Part shown: positions 21,892 through 31,667 of the stretch, piece after piece
How positions within the stretch are numbered: position 1 is the first letter of the stretch
Layout of the letters: each line of letters starts with the position of its first letter
The notes under the pieces: model-generated
Told to the model about the DNA's origin: nothing
Seen by the model: only the letters and a program-made list of their open reading frames with translations
Databases searched by the model: none
Assembly: GCA_038231275.1 (NCBI GenBank)
Contig: JBBRLQ010000015.1
Span: forward strand, 64,001 to 128,000
DNA length: 64,000 nucleotides
Direction: 5' to 3'
DNA from: Polyangiales bacterium
Lineage (GTDB): Bacteria; Myxococcota_A; Polyangia; Polyangiales; Polyangiaceae
Made by a program: the position numbers and the translations under genes

Positions 21892-23331
21892 GTGAAGATC
21901 CGAATCGCCGCATTCGCCACCGTCGCCGCGCTCGCGCTCTTCCCCACGTCGAACGACGCTCGGGCGGAAGCGCCGTCGTCGCTCACCATCGACCTCGCCG
22001 TCGGCGGCACCCTCGACCTCGTGCTCGTGAAGGGCGGCACGTTCACGCAAGGCTCCCCAGCGATCGAGAAGGGACGCGCGGCCGACGAGGCGCAGCGAAA
22101 CGTGACCCTCTCGGACTTCTACGTCGGCAAGACGCTGGTGACGCGGAGGCAGTTCGGCGCGTTCGTCTCCGCGACGGCGTACCGAACGGAGGCCGAGCGC
22201 GGAACGTCGGGCGGCCATGGGTGGGACGGCACTACGCTCGTCCAGAAGAAGGAGTTCACCTGGAAGAACCCCGGCTTCGCGCAGACCGACGACGATCCCG
22301 TCACGATCGTCACCTACGACGACGCGATGGCGTTCGTCGGGTGGGCTTCGCAGCGCGCGCAGCGTCGGCTCGCGTTGCCGACCGAAGCGCAGTTCGAGTA
22401 CGCCGCGCGCGCGGGCACGACGTCGGCGTACTACGCGGGCCACAATGACGAGGACGCCCTCGGCATCGGGTGGTTCAAGAAGAACGCGGGGAACGGCACG
22501 CGGCCGGTCGCGAGCAAGACGCCGAACGCGTTCGGGCTCTACGACATGAGCGGCGACGTCGCGGAGTGGTGCCGCGATTTTTACGCTCCGTATCCCCTGG
22601 GCGACGCAACCGATCCGGTCGTCGACGCGCCCCCCGCGACCGACACGCCGCGACGCGTGCAGCGAGGCGGATCTTGGCTCAAGGACGTGACGCACGGTCG
22701 ATCGGCAGCGCGGGCGCGCAGCACGCCGGGGAGCAGGAACGCCGATGACGGCTTCCGGGTAGCGTCGAGCGATCTGGTCGGGAAGCCAGCCTTCGCGCCC
22801 ACCGCCCTGCCCCCCGCGCCGCTGCAGGTGCCCCTCACGACGTCGCCCACGAACGCGCCTTCTTCTGGCCCGGGATTCGGAGCCATCGCGCTGCTCGTCC
22901 TCGGAGGCGGAGTGGCGGCGCTCCTCTTCGCCTTCCTTCGCGGACGCGGTCGCCCGGCGGGCATCCCCACCTTCGGATCGGGGCCGGGCGACGTCTCGGT
23001 GCGGGTCGTCGACGATGGGTTCTGGCTCGGCGCGGGGCTGCCCGCCGGAACGCGTGTAAAATACACATGTTCCGTGCGCGGCGTGCCGGTGACCGACACC
23101 GTCAACGTCGACGGCGGCGCGCGCGGGACATTCGTCTACACCGGCGGCGCGCCGGTGAACGTGCGGATCCTCGAGGTCACGTCCGTCGACGACGACTACC
23201 CCCGAGGCGGCGGTGGGCCGATGTACCGCGGAGCCAACCCGAACCCCGTCTACGTGGGCGTCCCGGTCCGCAACGACGATCCGCCGGCTCCTAGCCCGCA
23301 GCCGTTCGGGGGGTATCCGCCTGCGTACTGA
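21892..23331 (+). CDS. Formylglycine-generating enzyme (SUMF1/FGE-sulfatase) domain protein with TM anchor
   Basis: LPTEAQFEYAARAG, PNAFGLYDMSGDVAEWC, RGGSW, GFRV; then a TM helix and a C-terminal domain. Confidence 0.85.
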   Translation: MKIRIAAFATVAALALFPTSNDARAEAPSSLTIDLAVGGTLDLVLVKGGTFTQGSPAIEKGRAADEAQRNVTLSDFYVGKTLVTRRQFGAFVSATAYRTEAERGTSGGHGWDGTTLVQKKEFTWKNPGFAQTDDDPVTIVTYDDAMAFVGWASQRAQRRLALPTEAQFEYAARAGTTSAYYAGHNDEDALGIGWFKKNAGNGTRPVASKTPNAFGLYDMSGDVAEWCRDFYAPYPLGDATDPVVDAPPATDTPRRVQRGGSWLKDVTHGRSAARARSTPGSRNADDGFRVASSDLVGKPAFAPTALPPAPLQVPLTTSPTNAPSSGPGFGAIALLVLGGGVAALLFAFLRGRGRPAGIPTFGSGPGDVSVRVVDDGFWLGAGLPAGTRVKYTCSVRGVPVTDTVNVDGGARGTFVYTGGAPVNVRILEVTSVDDDYPRGGGGPMYRGANPNPVYVGVPVRNDDPPAPSPQPFGGYPPAY

Positions 23332-23350
23332 GCCTCGCGCGGCGGCGGCG

Positions 23351-26005
23351 ATGCGCGCGTACGTCGAGGCTGGGCCTCGGGCCGAGCGCACGCGGAGGAC
23401 GCTTCGCGCGTGCGGCGTGGAGATCGCGGACGCGCTCGACGGGTCGGCGCCGGTGTGGCTCGTACGCGCGGGCGCGTGGCCGGCGGAGAGGCCGCGCGCG
23501 CCGATGGAGAGCGCGACGGGGCGGCCGCTCGTCGCCCTCGGACGTGTGCGGGAGGCGCCAGGCGGCGACGCGCACGACGACACGCGCGCATGGGACGACG
23601 CGATCGCGACGAGCGGCGGAGATCTCGCCCACTGCGCCGGCGAGCTCCCCCCGATCGCGAGCGCGTATCTGGACGCGCGCGCCGCCGCGATGCTGGTCGC
23701 GCGCACGGGCGCCGGAGCGACGATCGACGCCGCGCTGCTCGACCTCATGGCGCACGCGGACTTGCGCGTCGTTCGCGTGCCGGCGCTCGACGTCCACACC
23801 GACGCCCGGCTCCGCGTCGCCGAGATCACGACGAGCTTCCAGCAAGGGGGCGCGGAGCGGATCGTCATCGCGCTCGTCCATGCGCTGCGCGAGCGCGGGG
23901 CTGCCGTGCTGCCGGTGGTCCTCGGGCGAGCCATGCGCCGGACGTTCGACGCGCCTGCGGAGACGCTCGATCTCTCGGCGATGCGCGGCGATCGTCCCGC
24001 GCGGACGGAGGCGCTCCGCGGGGCGCTCGTGGCGTACGGCGCCGACGTCGTCCACGCGCACCTCCTCGACGCGGACGATCTCGCGCGCCTCGCGTCGGCG
24101 GAAATCCCGGTGGTCGTTACCGTGCATAATGCACGCAATGGATGGCCCGACGGGCTGGCGTCGCTGCGCGCCGGCGACGCGGCGTTGCTCATCGCGTGCT
24201 CGCGCGAGGCCGAGAAGGACCTCCGCGCCGCCGACCTCCCCTGCCCCACGCGGACGGTATGGAACGGGATCGCCCCCTCGGCGGCGACGGCTTCGCGACG
24301 CGCGACGCGGCAGGCGCATGCGATCCCCGACGACGCGGTGCTCCTCCTCTCTGTCGCCAACCCGCGCCCGCAAAAGAGGCTGCATCTGCTCCCGTCGATC
24401 GCGCGCGCCGTCGAGCGGCGCCTCGGACGCGAAGCTCACGTGCTCGTGGCGGGGGACGCCTCACCGGCCGCGCGCGCGTCGCTCGACGCATTGACCGAGG
24501 CGATCGCAACCCACGGCGCCGCCGAGCGCACGCACCTCGCCGGATCCATCGACGACGTCGCGTCACTCTACGCGGCCGCCGACGTGCTCGTCGCGCCGAG
24601 CGCGTACGAGGGGCTGAGCCTCGTGCACCTCGAGGCGCTCTCGGGAGGCCTGCCCGTCGTGACCACCCAGGTCGGCGGCGCCGCCGAGATCGCGCACCCG
24701 GCGGTGCACCTCGTCGATCGCGAGGCCACCGCGGAGGACTACGCCGAGAACGTGGCGCGCGCGCTCGAGGACGGCCGAACGGGCGCGCTGCCAGCAGGCT
24801 TCACAGTCGCGCGGATGGCATCGAGCTATTGGGGGCACCTCGAGCGGGTCGCGCGAATGGCGGCGCCGCGACCCGCGCGCGAGGGCCTCCTGCTCGTGAC
24901 GAACAACCTCTCGACCGGCGGCGCGCAGTCCAGCCTCCGCCGCCTCCTCGTCGGCCTCGCGGCGCGCGGCGTCCCCGTGCGCGCCGCCACGCTCGAAGAG
25001 CGCGACGATCACCCGACGCCGGGCCTCGTGGCCCTTCGCGCCGCCGGCATCGAAGTGCTCGCGGCGCCCATGGCCAGCGCGCACGATCCCGGGGACACCG
25101 CCGACGCGGTCGCAGCGTTCTGCGATCGCGCGCCGCCCGACGCGCTCTTGTTCGTCAACGCGATCTGCGAGCACAAGGTCCTCCTCGCCGATCGCCTCTA
25201 CGACGTGCCGATCTTCGACGCGAGCCCCGGCGAGATGTACTTCGCGTCGATGGAGCGCTATTTCGCGCGGCCCAGGCCGGGCCTCCCGTACTCCTCGCCT
25301 CGCGACTACGGCGCACGCTTGGCCGGCGCGATCGTGAAGTACGAGGGCGAGGCGACGCGCGCGCGGGATGCGCTCGGCGCGCCGGTGCACGTGATCCCGA
25401 ACGGCGTTCCGCTCGACACGGCGCGGCCTCGGGCTTCGCGTGACGACGTGCTCGTCCTCGGAACGAGCGCGCGCATCGCCCCGCAAAAGAAGCTGGAGGA
25501 GCTGCTCCGCGCGCTCCGGTCGGCGGCGCCGTCGATGCCGAGGTTCGTGATGCGCATCGCGGGAGCGCCGGAGCACGGCGCCGAGGACTACGCGGAGGGG
25601 CTGCGGCGAGAGGCGGAGGGGTTGCCGATCGAGTGGCTCGGAGAGACCGACGACATCAGCGCCTTCCTCGCGACGCTCGATCTGTTCGTGATGGTCGCCG
25701 AGCCCGCGGGGTGTCCGAACGCGTCGCTCGAGGCGATGGCGGCGGGACTGCCGGTGGTGGCGACCGACGTGGGCGGCGCCTCCGAGCAGGTCGTCGACGG
25801 CGAGAACGGGCGGCTCGTGGCTCGCGGCGACGAGGAGGCGCTCTCCCGTGCGCTCGTAGACGGCGCGTGCGATCGCGAGCGCCTCGCGGTGTGGGGAAGG
25901 GCCGGCCGCGCGCGCGCTGCACGCCTGTTCGACGTGGAGCGAATGATCGACGACTACGCGCGCGTGCTCGGCGTTCGAGTCAGGGCTGGCGCTCGGGGCG
26001 CATGA
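23351..26005 (+). CDS. Glycosyltransferase with two tandem GT4 modules
   Basis: GGAER and GGAQS N-terminal motifs; EGLSLVHLEALSGGLPVV and GCPNASLEAMAAGLPVVATDVGG. Confidence 0.85.
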   Translation: MRAYVEAGPRAERTRRTLRACGVEIADALDGSAPVWLVRAGAWPAERPRAPMESATGRPLVALGRVREAPGGDAHDDTRAWDDAIATSGGDLAHCAGELPPIASAYLDARAAAMLVARTGAGATIDAALLDLMAHADLRVVRVPALDVHTDARLRVAEITTSFQQGGAERIVIALVHALRERGAAVLPVVLGRAMRRTFDAPAETLDLSAMRGDRPARTEALRGALVAYGADVVHAHLLDADDLARLASAEIPVVVTVHNARNGWPDGLASLRAGDAALLIACSREAEKDLRAADLPCPTRTVWNGIAPSAATASRRATRQAHAIPDDAVLLLSVANPRPQKRLHLLPSIARAVERRLGREAHVLVAGDASPAARASLDALTEAIATHGAAERTHLAGSIDDVASLYAAADVLVAPSAYEGLSLVHLEALSGGLPVVTTQVGGAAEIAHPAVHLVDREATAEDYAENVARALEDGRTGALPAGFTVARMASSYWGHLERVARMAAPRPAREGLLLVTNNLSTGGAQSSLRRLLVGLAARGVPVRAATLEERDDHPTPGLVALRAAGIEVLAAPMASAHDPGDTADAVAAFCDRAPPDALLFVNAICEHKVLLADRLYDVPIFDASPGEMYFASMERYFARPRPGLPYSSPRDYGARLAGAIVKYEGEATRARDALGAPVHVIPNGVPLDTARPRASRDDVLVLGTSARIAPQKKLEELLRALRSAAPSMPRFVMRIAGAPEHGAEDYAEGLRREAEGLPIEWLGETDDISAFLATLDLFVMVAEPAGCPNASLEAMAAGLPVVATDVGGASEQVVDGENGRLVARGDEEALSRALVDGACDRERLAVWGRAGRARAARLFDVERMIDDYARVLGVRVRAGARGA

Positions 26006-26807
26006 AGCCCAAGAGCAGTCCGAAATAGGTCGACTCCGCGTTCACCGGCGGACCGCCCCGCACCGAGACGTCGCCGGTCTCGAGCCGCACGTTCGTGCAG
26101 ACGAGGACCGGGCGCGCCTTGCCGCAGAGGCGCATGCCCACCACGTCGAGCGGCCCGCCTTCGTGGCGCGCGAATATATGTGTGTAGTCCACATATAGAT
26201 CGAGCAGCGGCATCTGGACGGTGCCGAGCGCCCCGACCTCGGGAGACAGGTTCAGCGGTCGCTCTGCCGCGTCGCCGGCGTGGCGCCACCCAAAAAGGAT
26301 GACGCCGCCCTTGCCGACGATCTCCGCGAGCTTTCCGTTGCCCAAGTATTGCCAGCCGAGGTGGCCCTGCGGGAGCTCGAGCCGCAGGTCCGACAGCGCT
26401 GCGTTGCCGAAGAACGACGCATCGAGTCCGCCGCGAACGATCGGACCGTGATCCTTCGCGACCGGCGCGCGCCAGCCCCCGGACACCGCCATCGACATCG
26501 CGCCCTCGACGCCCTTCACCCCGCCGCCCAGCGCGAACGCGTTCATGAAGCGCACGGCGACGCCGTGCTCGTGTCCGAACCCGACCCGCGCGCCGCCGAG
26601 CGTCAGCGAAGGGACCTGGAAGCTCCGGTCCGCGCCGCGCGTTCGGGTCACGCTCCCTTGCAAGCCGAACGTGTCACCCACGCTGAACCCCACCGTCTCC
26701 CCCTGGTGCATCGGCGGCGCGGGGTTGAAGAGGTCCTCGGTGGCGTGCGCGGGCGTTGCCGCGCAGAGCACGAAGAGAATCACGGACACTTCGAGGCGAG
26801 ATCTCAC
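25980..26807 (-). CDS. Hypothetical exported, probable outer-membrane beta-barrel protein
   Basis: Signal peptide ending AHA; amphipathic beta-strands; terminal YFGLLLGF. Confidence 0.55.
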   Translation of the reverse strand: MRSRLEVSVILFVLCAATPAHATEDLFNPAPPMHQGETVGFSVGDTFGLQGSVTRTRGADRSFQVPSLTLGGARVGFGHEHGVAVRFMNAFALGGGVKGVEGAMSMAVSGGWRAPVAKDHGPIVRGGLDASFFGNAALSDLRLELPQGHLGWQYLGNGKLAEIVGKGGVILFGWRHAGDAAERPLNLSPEVGALGTVQMPLLDLYVDYTHIFARHEGGPLDVVGMRLCGKARPVLVCTNVRLETGDVSVRGGPPVNAESTYFGLLLGFMRPERQP

Positions 26808-26816
26808 GCGCCGCTC

Positions 26817-27785
26817 TCAGAGTCCTTTGCGACGAATCATGTCGACGAGGGTCGTGCGGTTCAGCCCGAGGAGCTGGGCCGCGCGGTTCTTGTTTCCGTT
26901 CGTCCTCGCGAGCGCCTGCTTGATCAAGCTCGTCTCGTAGGCGTCCACGACGGCGCGCAGATCGATCCCGTCGGCGGGCAGCTCCGGGACTGCGTCGCTC
27001 GGCATGCCGGCGCGCCGAACGCGATCGGGGAGATCGGTCGGCAGGATGTTGGGGCCGCGCGAGAGGAGCACTGCGCGCTCGATGGCGTTCTCGAGCGCCC
27101 GGATGTTGCCCGGCCAGTCGCTCGTCTTCAACATCTCGATCGCCTCGGGCGCGAAGCCAACGACGTCGGTACGCCCGCTCCGCGCGGCGTGCATCGCGCG
27201 AAAGTGCTCGGCGAGGTGCGGGACGTCGATCGCGCGTTCGCGGAGCGGAGGCAGATGTAGGTGGATGACGTTGAGGCGGTAGAACAGATCCTCGCGGAAC
27301 CTGCCCCGCGCGACCTCTTCGTCGAGATCGCGGTTGGTCGCGGCGACGATGCGAATGTCGCACTTGAGGACGCGCGAATCGCCGACCGGCGAGTACTCGC
27401 GCGCTTGGAGGAGTCGCAGGATTTTCACCTGGAGCTGCAGCGGGAGCTCGCCGACCTCGTCGAGGAAGAGCGTCCCGCCTTCCGCCGCACCCACTCGTCC
27501 CTGGCGCGCGGCGTGCGCTCCGGTGAACGATCCCTTGGCGTGGCCGAAGAGCTCCGTTTCGAGCAAATTTTCGGGGATCGCGCCGCAGTTGATCGTGACC
27601 ATCGGCGCCGCGCTGCGTGGGCTCGCGTCATGGAGCGCGGCGACCGCGAGCTCCTTCCCGGTGCCGCTCTCGCCCGTCACGAGCACCGTGCACGACGACG
27701 CCGCGATGCGATCGATCAGCGCGAGCACGTTGATGATGCTCTCGTGCTGACTCACGATCTCCCCGCGGGAGGTAACGCGCGTCAT
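26817..27785 (-). CDS. Sigma54-dependent activator (AAA+ plus Fis HTH) with no N-terminal sensory domain
   Basis: [14 protein letters not shown] loop, [33 protein letters not shown]. Confidence 0.9.
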   Translation of the reverse strand: MTRVTSRGEIVSQHESIINVLALIDRIAASSCTVLVTGESGTGKELAVAALHDASPRSAAPMVTINCGAIPENLLETELFGHAKGSFTGAHAARQGRVGAAEGGTLFLDEVGELPLQLQVKILRLLQAREYSPVGDSRVLKCDIRIVAATNRDLDEEVARGRFREDLFYRLNVIHLHLPPLRERAIDVPHLAEHFRAMHAARSGRTDVVGFAPEAIEMLKTSDWPGNIRALENAIERAVLLSRGPNILPTDLPDRVRRAGMPSDAVPELPADGIDLRAVVDAYETSLIKQALARTNGNKNRAAQLLGLNRTTLVDMIRRKGL

Positions 27786-27940
27786 CGGCTTAACGAGCGA
27801 TGTTCGAGGCGAGTCCTGCACAAGCTCTCCCCAGGTTCCCCGGAGGCTCCAAATCAACGGCGAGCGATCTCCACCAGGGCACCATGGTGACCCTTCCCGC
27901 GGGGCAAATCCAGGGGCACTTTGTGGTACCGTTTCGGGCG

Positions 27941-29893
27941 ATGTCGAAGCCGCTCCGCGTCCTGATCGTCGACGAGTCCGAGGAGGACGCGTCGCTCGCC
28001 ATTCGCGAGCTGCGACGGAGCGGGTACGAGCCGGTGCACGAGCGATGCGACACGCAGGCGGCCTTCAAGGCCGCGCTCGAGTGGAAGACGTGGGACGTGA
28101 TCATCGCGGACTACGAGCTGCCGCGCTTCAACGGGCTCACCGCGCTCGGCATCGCGCGCGAGACGGGGCTCGATATCCCCTTCATCCTCGTCTCCGGCAC
28201 CATCGGCGAGAGCTTGGCGGTGACGGCGATGAAGGCCGGCGCGCAGGACTACGTCCTCAAGGGCGATCTCGCGCGCCTCCCCGCCGCGGTCGAGCGCGAG
28301 GTGCGCGAGGCCAAGGTCCGCAAGAAGCGGCGCGAGGTCGAGGAGACGCTTCAGCGCTCGTATCGCTCGTTCCGGCAGGTCCTCGACTCGGCGCCCGACG
28401 GGATCGCTGTTGTCCGCGACGACAAGCTCGTCTACGCCAACCACGCGCTCGCGGCGTGCTTCGGCCACGAGAGCCCCGACGATCTCCTGGGCGCGAGCCC
28501 GTGGAGCCTGCTCACGCGCGACGATCGCGCCGAGGCCGAGTCGTGGATGCGCGAAGTGCTCGAAGGAAGGAGCCCGCCCGCGTCCACCGCACGCCGTGTC
28601 CCTCCGCACGAGTACCTCGGCGTTCGCGTGGACGGCGCCGTCGTCGCCCTCGACATCAGTGCCTCGCACGTCGAGAACTTCGACGGCCTTCCCGCGCTCC
28701 TCCTGTTCGTCCGCGACGCGACCGAGAAGCGACGCGCGATGGCGCAGGTCATCATGGCCGATCGCCTGGTCGCGACCGGCATGCTCGCCGCCGGCGCCGC
28801 CCTCGAGCTCAACAACCCACTCTCGTACATCGCGTCGAACCTCACGTTTCTCGCCGAAGAGGCGACGAAGCTGGAGGCCGAGATCGGCAAAGACCGCGCG
28901 CACGAGATGGCCCAGGTCATCGGCGAGGCGAAGGCCGGCATCGAGCGCATCCGCGTGATCGTCCGCGATTTGCGGAGCCTCTCGCACACCGACGACGCCG
29001 ATCGCGGCCGCGTAGAAGTGCGCAGTGCGCTCGAGAGCGCGCTCAGCATGGCGTGGAGCGAGGTCCGCAGCGTCGCGAACGTGACGAAGGACCTGGTCGC
29101 CTCGCCGCGAATTCTCGCCAACGAAGGGCGCCTGATCCAGCTCTTCTTGGCGCTATTCAACACCGCCGCGCAAGCGATGGAGCGGAAGAACGCCGACGTC
29201 AACGAGATCCGCATCTCGCTCACGCAAGACGAGACCAACGTGATCGTGGAGATCGCCGACAACGGCCGCGGCATCCCCGAGGATCAGCTCGAGAAGATCT
29301 TCGATCCCCTCCACTCGACGAAGGTCGGCGCGGCGACGGGGCTCGGCATCTCGGTGGCGCACGGGATCGTGCAGTCGCTCGGCGGCACGCTCACCGTCAC
29401 GAGCGCGCTTCAGCGCGGGACCACGGTACGCGTCACGTTCCCGGCAGAGGCGCGCGTCCCCTCCCCCGCGCCGCTCGCCGCCACCGCGACGATGCCGCCC
29501 GAGCAAGCGCGCGTCCTCCTCGTCGACGACGAGCCCCTCATCTCGGCTTCGCTCCGACGCCTCCTGATGCGCGACTGCGAGGTCGTCATCGCCAACGGCG
29601 GCGCCGAGGCGCTGGCGCACCTGAAGCTCGACGACGGCTTCGACGTCATCTTCTGCGATTTGATGATGCCGGACGTCACCGGGATGGACGTCTACGCCGA
29701 GCTCAAGAAGGATCGACCGGAGATCGCTGAGCGTCTCGTCTTCCTCACGGGCGCCGGATTCACGCCGCGCATCCAGGAGTTCTTGAACCGCGTCTCGAAC
29801 GCGCGAATGGACAAGCCGGTCGACGTGCAAAAGATCCGCACCATCGTCCGCGATCGCAGCGCGTCGCGACGCCGGCCTTCGCCGCAGGCCTGA
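27941..29893 (+). CDS. Hybrid REC-PAS-HisKA-HATPase-REC sensor; phosphoacceptor His replaced by Leu
   Basis: REC (IIADY...K), PAS, H-box AAGAALELNNPL, DNGRGI, C-terminal REC (LVDDE, FCDLMMP). Confidence 0.88.
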   Translation: MSKPLRVLIVDESEEDASLAIRELRRSGYEPVHERCDTQAAFKAALEWKTWDVIIADYELPRFNGLTALGIARETGLDIPFILVSGTIGESLAVTAMKAGAQDYVLKGDLARLPAAVEREVREAKVRKKRREVEETLQRSYRSFRQVLDSAPDGIAVVRDDKLVYANHALAACFGHESPDDLLGASPWSLLTRDDRAEAESWMREVLEGRSPPASTARRVPPHEYLGVRVDGAVVALDISASHVENFDGLPALLLFVRDATEKRRAMAQVIMADRLVATGMLAAGAALELNNPLSYIASNLTFLAEEATKLEAEIGKDRAHEMAQVIGEAKAGIERIRVIVRDLRSLSHTDDADRGRVEVRSALESALSMAWSEVRSVANVTKDLVASPRILANEGRLIQLFLALFNTAAQAMERKNADVNEIRISLTQDETNVIVEIADNGRGIPEDQLEKIFDPLHSTKVGAATGLGISVAHGIVQSLGGTLTVTSALQRGTTVRVTFPAEARVPSPAPLAATATMPPEQARVLLVDDEPLISASLRRLLMRDCEVVIANGGAEALAHLKLDDGFDVIFCDLMMPDVTGMDVYAELKKDRPEIAERLVFLTGAGFTPRIQEFLNRVSNARMDKPVDVQKIRTIVRDRSASRRRPSPQA

Positions 29894-29908
29894 TCGACCG
29901 CGCCTCGC

Positions 29909-30949
29909 TCAGGTCCCTTCGCCCTTGAGGACGAAGGCGAGGGCGGCTCCGCTCGTGTCGGCGAGATCGAGGCGCGGGCCCGGTGTCGTGAGCCACTCCG
30001 CGTGCTCGGCGGGGAGCGGCTCGATGGGGAGCGTGCGGACGTGGAGGTTCTCGGGAACGGCGTTGAACGCCGCGATGCAGACGTTGAGGATCTCGCTCAT
30101 CGCCGACGTCACCGCCTCGTTCGGGCTCCGCGTCTTGATCTGCTCGGCGACCTCGTGCTCCGGCAAGAGCATCAACTGCGCACCTTGCGAGATGACCGCC
30201 TCGAGGTTCGCCACGATCGCGCCGACGACGTTCTTCGCGTCGTCCGTGAGGAGGCACGTCCAGAGGTCTTTCGCGCCGAGATCGAGCGGCTTCTTCGACA
30301 CCGTGAGCTTGGATTTTTCGCCGGTCATCGCCGACATCTGCGCGACGAGCGCGTCTGCGGTCGGCAGGTGCACTGGAAACGCCGGCGCACGATGTCCGGG
30401 TGACGCGGCTTTTGGCGCGACGCGCGGCTTGGTCTCCGCGACCGCGGGCGCCTTCTCGCGCACGTCGGCGATCGCGTGTGTTGGAGCGCCGTTGGGCTCG
30501 CGCTCGAGGTGCGCGACCCGTCGCTGAAGCCGCTCTTGCGAAGCGCGAAGCTCACGTATTTCTTCGCGCATGAGGGTGAGCTCCAGCGACGGCGCCGCGA
30601 GGCCGACCAGCGCCGCATGCTCCGCCCCTTCGTCGCGACGCGCACGGTGCTTCGACGGCGACATCTGCGCCACGAAGGCCGCGGGGATCCAACGGCCCTC
30701 CTCTGCCTCGTAGCTGGCGCTCTCGCTGGACGCGTCGGCCATGAGGCGGCGAGCGTCACTCACGAGCGCGCGACCCTCGTCGCTGTTGGCGAGCTGGAAG
30801 AGGACGACCTCCGTGCCGGTCAGCCGCTGAATCGTCGGCCGAAGGACTCGCTCGTCGAGGGGGACCAGGCGCTCCACCTCCAGCACCCACGTCGCGGCGT
30901 CGCGGTAGAGTCGCCTCGGTTTCGCGCTGCTGAAATGTCCTACTCCCAC
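29909..30949 (-). CDS. Hypothetical protein with coiled coil and C-terminal CheC/CheX-like domain
   Basis: Coiled coil LMREEIRELRASQERLQRRVAHLE; SAMSEILN matches the S/D-x3-E-x2-N phosphatase motif; sigma28-type promoter upstream. Confidence 0.6.
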   Translation of the reverse strand: MGVGHFSSAKPRRLYRDAATWVLEVERLVPLDERVLRPTIQRLTGTEVVLFQLANSDEGRALVSDARRLMADASSESASYEAEEGRWIPAAFVAQMSPSKHRARRDEGAEHAALVGLAAPSLELTLMREEIRELRASQERLQRRVAHLEREPNGAPTHAIADVREKAPAVAETKPRVAPKAASPGHRAPAFPVHLPTADALVAQMSAMTGEKSKLTVSKKPLDLGAKDLWTCLLTDDAKNVVGAIVANLEAVISQGAQLMLLPEHEVAEQIKTRSPNEAVTSAMSEILNVCIAAFNAVPENLHVRTLPIEPLPAEHAEWLTTPGPRLDLADTSGAALAFVLKGEGT

Positions 30950-30956
30950 GTGAAAG

Positions 30957-30983
30957 CGAACGGCTCCGGGGGTCCGACCTTTA
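30957..30983 (-). promoter_or_regulatory. Sigma28 (FliA)-type promoter
   Basis: TAAA-N15-GCCGTTCG on the minus strand; both boxes identical to those of the flgM promoter. Confidence 0.75.
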
Positions 30984-31104
30984 GTCTCGGCGATCTGCGT
31001 CGTTCAAATGGCGCGAGGCGCCTCGGCGCTCTTCTCCGCGTCGTCGGCCAGGGCGACGATGAAGAAGGGAGCGAAGGCGCCTCGATTTCTTTCGAACCAG
31101 GCGA

Positions 31105-31617
31105 TCAGCGATTGCCCATCGCCATCTGCGGCTCGCCGGCGCGACGAGCGTTCGCGCGCGTCGTCGTCTGCGCGGGCGGCTCCGACGCGAGCCAGGTCGA
31201 GAGCGGCTCGCAGGCGGAGAGGTGGGTGCTGTCCAAGAGGACCTGCGCGCCCATGCGGGTCTCGGAGTCGACGATGATCGGCGCGACGAGGTTGACCGTC
31301 GGGGGAACGTCGGTGCCGGGAGCGGCGAAGACGAGCATGATCGACCACGTGCTCGGATCGTTCCCGATGCCCGCCGCGATCGCCGCGTTCATCATGGCCT
31401 CCTCGCCGTACTGGACCGCGAGCGCCTCGAGCGAGATGACCGGAAACGCGAGTGCCGGGTTCGTCGCCGAGTGCAGCCACGCGATGGGCGAGCCCTCACG
31501 CTGGCGGATGAGGAGGAACTTCGTCTCGTTGGCGAAGCCGATCATGCCGGCCGGAAAATCGATGAGATCCTTCTCGTCGATGGTGATGGTTCCGAAATTC
31601 GTGGTCTTGAAATTCAT
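31105..31617 (-). CDS. fliW: Flagellar assembly factor FliW
   Basis: TTNFGTITID...IDFPAGMIGF, WLHS, TVNLVAPIIVD..RMGAQV; GGGAG RBS. Confidence 0.85.
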   Translation of the reverse strand: MNFKTTNFGTITIDEKDLIDFPAGMIGFANETKFLLIRQREGSPIAWLHSATNPALAFPVISLEALAVQYGEEAMMNAAIAAGIGNDPSTWSIMLVFAAPGTDVPPTVNLVAPIIVDSETRMGAQVLLDSTHLSACEPLSTWLASEPPAQTTTRANARRAGEPQMAMGNR

Positions 31618-31667
31618 GTCGATGCTCCCTGGCTTTTGTTTTGTCGTGACGAGTCGCAAATGTTCGG

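Noticed and set aside
31004..31104. Possible small peptide LIAWFERNRGAFAPFFIVAL... after fliW
   Set aside because: No credible start codon or RBS, and too short to support
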